Shown here: positions 58,709-64,000 of the stretch, one piece after another
Layout of the letters: every line of letters starts with the position of its first letter
How positions within the stretch are numbered: position 1 is the first letter of the stretch
Origin: Planctomycetota bacterium
GTDB lineage: Bacteria; Planctomycetota; PLA2; JAEUHO01
NCBI GenBank assembly: GCA_050248855.1
Contig: JBFWRP010000004.1
Coordinates: 32,001 to 96,000, forward strand
Length of the DNA: 64,000 nucleotides
Direction of reading: 5' to 3'
Notes under the pieces: model-generated
Seen by the model: the letters and a program-made list of their open reading frames with translations, nothing else
Databases searched by the model: none
What the model was told of the DNA's origin: nothing
Made by a program: the position numbers and the translations under genes

Positions 58709-60189
58709 GCCGCCTCCCCGGGCGCCACGTAGCGGCACGTGGCAAGCTGACGCTCGAGCGCCTCCGCGACGTCGAGCACCAAGGCGTCGGCCCCCACCGG
58801 CCCCTGCACTTGCAGGCCCAGCGGCAGTCCCTGCTCGTTGAAGCCCGCCGGGATGCTGACGGCCGGAAGCCCCGCGAGGTTGGCCGCCACCGTGAGCACG
58901 TCGGAGCGGTACATGGCCAGCGGGTCGCCGGTCTTCTCGCCCAGGCGGAACGCCGCCGTGGGCGTGGTCGCGGAGATCAACACGTCGCAGCGCTCGAAGG
59001 CCTCGGCGAACGCATGCCCGAGTGCCGCCTGCGCGCCGCGCGCACGCTTGTAGAACGCATCGGCGTAGCCCGCCGAGAGCGCGAAGGTGCCGAGCAGGAT
59101 GCGCCGCTTGACCTCGGCGCCGAAGCCCTCGGCCCGGGTCTTCGCGTAGAGGCGCTCCAACGTGTCGGCCTCGGCGCGGTGGCCGTAGCGCACGCCGTCA
59201 AAGCGCGCCAGGTTGCTGGACGCCTCGGCCGGCGCGATCACGTAGTAGATGGCGATGGCCTCGGCGATCGCCGGCAGGTCCACGTCGACGGTGGTCGTGC
59301 CCAATGCGCCGAGCTGCGTACGCAGCGCTTCCACCGCATCCACGCCCTCGGTGCCGACGACGCGACGCTCCGTCGTCATCTCCGCGACGCGACCGATGCG
59401 GAGGCCCGCGAGCGATCGCGGCGTCGGCCCCGGCCCGCTGCCGGGCGTCGGGAACGCGCGTGAGGTGGCGTCCAGCGGATCGGGGCCCTCGAGGACGGCC
59501 TGGAGCCGACGGGCGTCGGCCACCGACCGCGCGAACGGACCGACCTGGTCCAAGCTGGAGGCGAAGGCCACGAGGCCGCTGCGCGAGACGCGGCCGTAGG
59601 TGGGCTTGAAGCCGACGATGCCGCAGAACGCGGCCGGCTGGCGGATGCTGCCCCCCGTGTCGCTGCCGAGCGCCAACGGGACGAGCCCGGCGGCCACGGC
59701 GGCCGCGCTGCCGCCGGACGAACCGCCCGGAACACGTTCGAGGTCGTACGGGTTGCGGCTCGGGCCGAAGGCGCTGTTCTCCGTGGACGAGCCCATCGCG
59801 AACTCGTCGAGGTTGGTCTTCCCCACGACGACGGCGCCGGCGGCTTCGGCGCGCGCCACGCAGGTGGCCGTCCGGAGCGGCTTCCACGTGCCGAGGATGC
59901 GGCTGCCGCAGGTAAGCGGCAGGCCCTCGACGTCGAGGTTGTCCTTCACGGCCAACGGGACGCCCGCGAGCGGGCCGGGCTCGCGTCCCGCGGCGACCTC
60001 GGCGTCGATGCGGTCGGCGGCGGCCCGCGCGCGCTCCGGTGCGACGTGGAGGAAGGCGTTCAACGACTCGTTCCGCGCGGCGATGCGGGCGAGGCTCGCG
60101 TCGACCAGGGCGCGCGCCGTCAGCGGGTCGGCCGGGTCGCGCACGCGCGCGGCCTGCTCGGCCACGGGGAGGTCGAGCGCCTGGCTCAC
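58705..60189 (-). CDS. gatA: Asp/Glu-tRNA amidotransferase subunit A
   Basis: AVKDN, GKTNLDEFAMGSSTE, PGGSSGGSAAAV, GSDTGGSIRQPAAFCG and EASSNLARFDG. Confidence 0.97.
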   Translation of the reverse strand: MSQALDLPVAEQAARVRDPADPLTARALVDASLARIAARNESLNAFLHVAPERARAAADRIDAEVAAGREPGPLAGVPLAVKDNLDVEGLPLTCGSRILGTWKPLRTATCVARAEAAGAVVVGKTNLDEFAMGSSTENSAFGPSRNPYDLERVPGGSSGGSAAAVAAGLVPLALGSDTGGSIRQPAAFCGIVGFKPTYGRVSRSGLVAFASSLDQVGPFARSVADARRLQAVLEGPDPLDATSRAFPTPGSGPGPTPRSLAGLRIGRVAEMTTERRVVGTEGVDAVEALRTQLGALGTTTVDVDLPAIAEAIAIYYVIAPAEASSNLARFDGVRYGHRAEADTLERLYAKTRAEGFGAEVKRRILLGTFALSAGYADAFYKRARGAQAALGHAFAEAFERCDVLISATTPTAAFRLGEKTGDPLAMYRSDVLTVAANLAGLPAVSIPAGFNEQGLPLGLQVQGPVGADALVLDVAEALERQLATCRYVAPGEAA

Positions 60190-60518
60190 GACGGGTCTCC
60201 GCCATCCGGCGTCTCGTCCTCGCCGAGGAACCGCGGGACCACGTAGAACGCCCCGTCGCCCGCCGGTGCCTGCCGGATGAGCGCGAGCAGGTCGAGCGGC
60301 GGCTCCGGGTCGTCGGGCCGCAGCGCCTCCAAGTCGATCGCCTGGGCCTCGAGGTCGGCCGACGGCGCGGCCTCCTCGGCGCCCGGGAGCGCCGCCACGC
60401 GCTCCACGTAGGCCAGGATCGAGGCCATCTGCGGGACCAGGCGCGCGACCTCGGCGTCGGTCAGGTCCAACCGGGCCAAGCCTGCGACGTGGCGCACCAG
60501 GCGTTCGTCGACGTCCAC
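60186..60518 (-). CDS. gatC: Asp/Glu-tRNA amidotransferase subunit C
   Basis: VRHVAGLARL, ILAYVE, LRPD and QAP....FYVVPR; immediately upstream of gatA. Confidence 0.9.
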   Translation of the reverse strand: MDVDERLVRHVAGLARLDLTDAEVARLVPQMASILAYVERVAALPGAEEAAPSADLEAQAIDLEALRPDDPEPPLDLLALIRQAPAGDGAFYVVPRFLGEDETPDGGDPS

Positions 60519-60678
60519 CTCGGGGCTCCCTGGGCATCCGGACCCGGCGCGCGCCGGAGGGCTTCCCCAAGGATTGTGGCGGCGAAGCCGCGCGCCCGGG
60601 AGGGGAACCCCGGGGCTCTCGGCCCGCGTCCCATGCACGGAGCCGGGCCCGTGCGAACATGGCCCGCTGGAGGATCCC

Positions 60679-62280
60679 ATGGAGCCCATGCGCCCGTCCC
60701 CTGCCCCGCGGCCCCGCCGCCTCGATGCCGTCCTGGCGGCCGTGGTAGGGCTCGCCGCGCTCGGCTTGTCCGCCCCGTCCGCGCGCGCCGAGGAGGCTCC
60801 GCCCGCTGCGCAGCAAGGCGACACGATCACGTGGGTCGAGGGCGTGGCGAAGGCCTTCGAGATGGCTCGCGAGAAGAACCGCATGGTGATGATCTGCATC
60901 AACAGCACGCGGGTCGACGGGGGCCGCAAGGAGCCGGCGGCCGAGGGCTTGCGCGAGGTCGTCTACAAGGACCCGCGCATCGTGGGTCGCTCGCGTGACT
61001 TCGTGTGCGTTTTCCTGGGCGCCACCTCGAGCGGAGACGACTTCGGCGAGCTCAAGGTGCTCTTCGGCATGGACGGCTACATCGTCTCCCCGCAGCACAT
61101 CTTCGCGCGTCCGGACCACCAGGGCGGGGACCCGCTCGTGCGCCTGGAGTACTGGCCCTACGGCAAGGACCAGAAGGCCGTGGACGAGCTGATCGCGCTC
61201 ATGGACAAGGCCGCCGAGCGCTGGCGGGCCGAGGGAGGGACACCGCCCCCCACCAGCGGCACGCCCGACGGCGGTGCGCCCGGTGCGCCGGAGGGCGGCG
61301 CAGCGCCCGGAGCCGATGCGGCCGGCGGCGCGGCGCCGGCGGGCGAAGCCGAGCGCAAGGCATGGATCGATGGGCTTCTGGCCATCGTGCGCGCGGGCCC
61401 CACGCCGCGGCGCGTCGAGGCCATCCGCACGCTGATGGTGCACGACCAGGAAGGCGACACGATCGACCCCCTGATCGCGATGCTCGCCGAGCCCGAGAGC
61501 GGGAAGAACACGAGCTTGGTCGTGGACCTCGTCCGCGGGCTGGGTCGCCCCGGTCTCGTCAAGGCCGCCCCGGGCATCGCCGAGCACCTCGGGCACAAGG
61601 AGCAGCTCGTTCGTGCCAACGCGGCGGTCAGCCTGGAGTACATCGGCTGCCCGGACTCGGTCGACGCCCTGGCCAAGCAGGTCAAGCGCGAGAAGGACGC
61701 GGTCACGGCGAGCCACATGTGGCGCGCCTTGGGCCGCTGCGGCGTCGCCGACTCGAAGGTGCGTTCGAGCCTGCTGAAGGCCGCGGGCGACACCAAGGAC
61801 GAGATCGAGACGTTCGGCCCCATCATCGGGCTGGCCTACTTCAAGGGCGATGCCAAGGCCGCCCGCGGCGTCGAGAAGCTCGCGGCCAAGCTCGGTCCTC
61901 CGTCCTTCGGTCGGCGCGGCGGCGGCCAGGGCTTCTCCAAGCGCAGCATCTACATGTGGGTGCTCGCGTCGATCGCCGACCCGAAGTCCGCGGAGTTCGT
62001 GCAGGACCGCATGCTCGACCCGCTGGAGCACGTGCAGAACCAGTGGATCGGGCGCACCAAGCGCTTCTACCGCAACGTCAAGAAGGCGTGCGAGGGCGAA
62101 GAGGGCGCGCTGTCCGAGGTCGAGGGCGGCGTGCAGTTCATCCTGGGCATGGGCGAAGGCAACCCGCTGCAGGACATCGCCCGCGAAGGCCGCGAGGACG
62201 CCGGCTTCAAGCCCCTCTTCGACTGGAAGGTCGCAGGCGGACAGGGGGCCGGCGGCATGGGCGGCGGCGACGAGGAGTGA
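60679..62280 (+). CDS. Exported protein with thioredoxin-like N-terminal domain (no CxxC) and HEAT repeats
   Basis: Signal peptide ARA-EE, ITW...AKAFEMAREKNRMVMI...VYKDPRIV...FVCV, a Gly/Pro linker and HEAT-like LVRANAAVSLEYIG. GGAGG RBS. Confidence 0.7.
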   Translation: MEPMRPSPAPRPRRLDAVLAAVVGLAALGLSAPSARAEEAPPAAQQGDTITWVEGVAKAFEMAREKNRMVMICINSTRVDGGRKEPAAEGLREVVYKDPRIVGRSRDFVCVFLGATSSGDDFGELKVLFGMDGYIVSPQHIFARPDHQGGDPLVRLEYWPYGKDQKAVDELIALMDKAAERWRAEGGTPPPTSGTPDGGAPGAPEGGAAPGADAAGGAAPAGEAERKAWIDGLLAIVRAGPTPRRVEAIRTLMVHDQEGDTIDPLIAMLAEPESGKNTSLVVDLVRGLGRPGLVKAAPGIAEHLGHKEQLVRANAAVSLEYIGCPDSVDALAKQVKREKDAVTASHMWRALGRCGVADSKVRSSLLKAAGDTKDEIETFGPIIGLAYFKGDAKAARGVEKLAAKLGPPSFGRRGGGQGFSKRSIYMWVLASIADPKSAEFVQDRMLDPLEHVQNQWIGRTKRFYRNVKKACEGEEGALSEVEGGVQFILGMGEGNPLQDIAREGREDAGFKPLFDWKVAGGQGAGGMGGGDEE

Positions 62281-62329
62281 GTGCCTGGGTCACCGCGCAC
62301 CCGCGCACCTCGGGGCGTGAGCGCACTCT

Positions 62330-62878
62330 TCACCGTGGGGCGATGAAGGCGTCGCGGTAGTACCTGAGCTCCTCGATCGACTCGCGGATGTCGGCCAGTG
62401 CCTCATGCAAGCCGGCCTTCGGCGGCGGGTCGACCTTGCGCGGGTACCAGCGGCGCAGCACTTCCTTGATGGTGCTCACGTCCACGTTGCGGTAGTGCAA
62501 GTGGTCATGCAGGCGGCGCATGTGCCGCCACAGGAAGTGGCGGTCCGTGTGGATCGAGTTGCCGCAGAGCGGGCTCTGGCGCGGCAGGGTCCAGTCCTCC
62601 AGGAAGGCAAGCGTCCGCGCCTCGGCCTCCCGGGCGTCCACGCGGCTGGCCCGCACGCGATCCAGCAGGCCGTTGGCCGTGAAGTGCTCGCGGCTCCAGT
62701 CGCTCAACGTGGCCAGCTGGCGCTCGTCGTTGTGGACCACCAGGACCGGACCCTCCGCGAGGACCTCAAGATCCGCGTCGGTCACGAGGGTGGCGATCTC
62801 GAGGATGTGGCACTGGTCCGGGTCCAGGCCGGTCATCTCCAGGTCGATCCAGACGAGGTGGTCGGGGCTCTTGGGCAT
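62330..62878 (-). CDS. orn: Oligoribonuclease
   Basis: LVWIDLEMTGLD, ILEIAT, LCGNSI..DR.FL, HYRNVDVSTIKE and HEALADIRESIEELRYY. Confidence 0.96.
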   Translation of the reverse strand: MPKSPDHLVWIDLEMTGLDPDQCHILEIATLVTDADLEVLAEGPVLVVHNDERQLATLSDWSREHFTANGLLDRVRASRVDAREAEARTLAFLEDWTLPRQSPLCGNSIHTDRHFLWRHMRRLHDHLHYRNVDVSTIKEVLRRWYPRKVDPPPKAGLHEALADIRESIEELRYYRDAFIAPR

Positions 62879-63065
62879 CGGGGTTCCAGGGGACACCGCA
62901 GGGACCATCCCGGGGGCCGTGCCCCGCGGTGGCGCGCGAGGCTACCAACGGGCCACGACCGCGGCGCCCGCGCGGTCACGGTTCGGGCCGTGGTGCGGCC
63001 CGCCGTGCAGCCGGGGCATCCAGATCCCCCTTTGAGGGTGGCGGGCGCGGGCTAGGTTGTCGCGG

Positions 63066-63830
63066 GTGGACGACGCCCCCACCGAGCCGACCCCGCGCCT
63101 GCTCTCGCTCGTGGTGCCCGTGCACGACGAGGAGGAGAACCTCGGTCCGCTCTGGGCCGAGATCGAGGCGCTGCTCGAGGGCCTGGACCTTCCCGCCGAG
63201 GTCGTCTTCGTCAACGACGGGAGCGCCGACGGCAGCAGCGCGCTCCTCGACGGGCTGATGCAGGCCGACGAGCGCGTCCGCGTCATCGACCACCCCCGGA
63301 ACCTGGGTCTGACCGCGGCGTTGAACACCGGATTCCGCTGCGCCCGCGGGGACGTGATCGGCATGCTCGACGCCGACATGCAGAACCCCCCCGCCGAGAT
63401 CGCCAAGCTGCTGGCGGCCTTGCCCGGCCACGACATGGCCATCGGCTGGCGGCGCGACCGCCACGACTCGTGGCTGCGCAAGATGCAGAGCCGCATCGCC
63501 AACGCCTACCGCAACCGCCGCACGTTCGAGCAGGTCCATGACGTGGGCTGCGGGCTCAAGGTGTTCCGCGCGGAGATCCTCCAGCACGTCAAGCTGTTCA
63601 ACGGCATGCACCGCTTCTTCCCGACGCTGGCCCGCATGGAGGGCTACCGCATCACGGAGGTGCCGGTGGCCCACCGCCCGCGGGCCGGGGGCCGCAGCCA
63701 CTTCGGCATCTGGAACCGTCTCTGGAAGGGCCTGCGTGACGTGAAGGTCGTGCGCTGGATGTGGGCCAACCACCTGCCACGCACGGGTACCGAACGGCAC
63801 GTCACCGATCGGACCCGTTCCCGGTCGTGA
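63066..63830 (+). CDS. Glycosyltransferase family 2 (polyprenol-phosphate glycosyltransferase-like)
   Basis: SLVVPVHDEEENL, VNDGSADGS, RNLG, LDADMQNPP, DVGCGLK, MHRFFP and EVPVAHRPR. Confidence 0.9.
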   Translation: MDDAPTEPTPRLLSLVVPVHDEEENLGPLWAEIEALLEGLDLPAEVVFVNDGSADGSSALLDGLMQADERVRVIDHPRNLGLTAALNTGFRCARGDVIGMLDADMQNPPAEIAKLLAALPGHDMAIGWRRDRHDSWLRKMQSRIANAYRNRRTFEQVHDVGCGLKVFRAEILQHVKLFNGMHRFFPTLARMEGYRITEVPVAHRPRAGGRSHFGIWNRLWKGLRDVKVVRWMWANHLPRTGTERHVTDRTRSRS

Positions 63831-64000
63831 GCGGCTTCCTCGCTCCCGTCGTCGCGTTCCAGGTCTTCGACGCGATCGGCTGGCTCGGCCAGGGCCTGTT
63901 CGTGCTGCGCATGGTCGTGCAGTGGTGGGCCAGCGAGAAGGCCAAGGCCAGCGTCGTCCCCCGGCTGTTCTGGACGCTGTCGCTGCAGGCGACGGCATTG
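63827..64000 (+). CDS. Lipid A biosynthesis N-terminal (LAB_N)-domain membrane protein, truncated by the window edge
   Basis: GTGA overlap; IGWLGQGLFVLRMVVQWWASEKAKASVVPRLFWTLSL is the LAB_N pattern, typically found next to this GT2 family. Confidence 0.8.
   Translation, partial: MSGFLAPVVAFQVFDAIGWLGQGLFVLRMVVQWWASEKAKASVVPRLFWTLSLQATAL

Noticed and set aside
58705..62031. 1108-aa GatA with a long N-terminal extension
   Set aside because: The extension overlaps gatC and the antisense of the 60679-62280 gene. The true start is the GTG at 60189 overlapping the gatC stop.

Overview
Very GC-rich bacterial chromosome segment, most likely from a member of the Planctomycetota (inferred from the MoxR/DUF58/vWA/prenyltransferase-repeat/PQQ-propeller gene set and ECF-FecR pair). 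It is densely coding, and I saw no rRNA, tRNA, CRISPR array or mobile element. Left arm (minus strand): eno, an FtsB-like gene, pssA, a folK-panC fusion and a truncated exported protein. Centre (5.2-37 kb, all plus strand): two back-to-back MoxR AAA+ loci. The first (about 25 kb) is a Bat-like envelope locus with an embedded ECF sigma/anti-sigma pair. The second is a DUF4129-DUF4350-MoxR-DUF58-SpoIIM-RDD locus. Right arm: larE, a large Gly-rich lipoprotein, a TPR protein, a stand-alone EF-G, a tricorn-like S41 protease, rho, tig-clpP-clpX-rlmN, gatCAB, a thioredoxin-like/HEAT protein, orn and a GT2 gene. Top finding: two apparently separate small ORFs in the first MoxR locus (28588-29082 and 29164-29490) are one reading frame interrupted by a single TGA. 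That TGA sits in a U-x-x-C motif and is followed immediately by a SECIS-like hairpin, making this a candidate exported selenoprotein of an unfamiliar family embedded in a MoxR-vWA system. Family names come from motif recognition only; no database searches were run.
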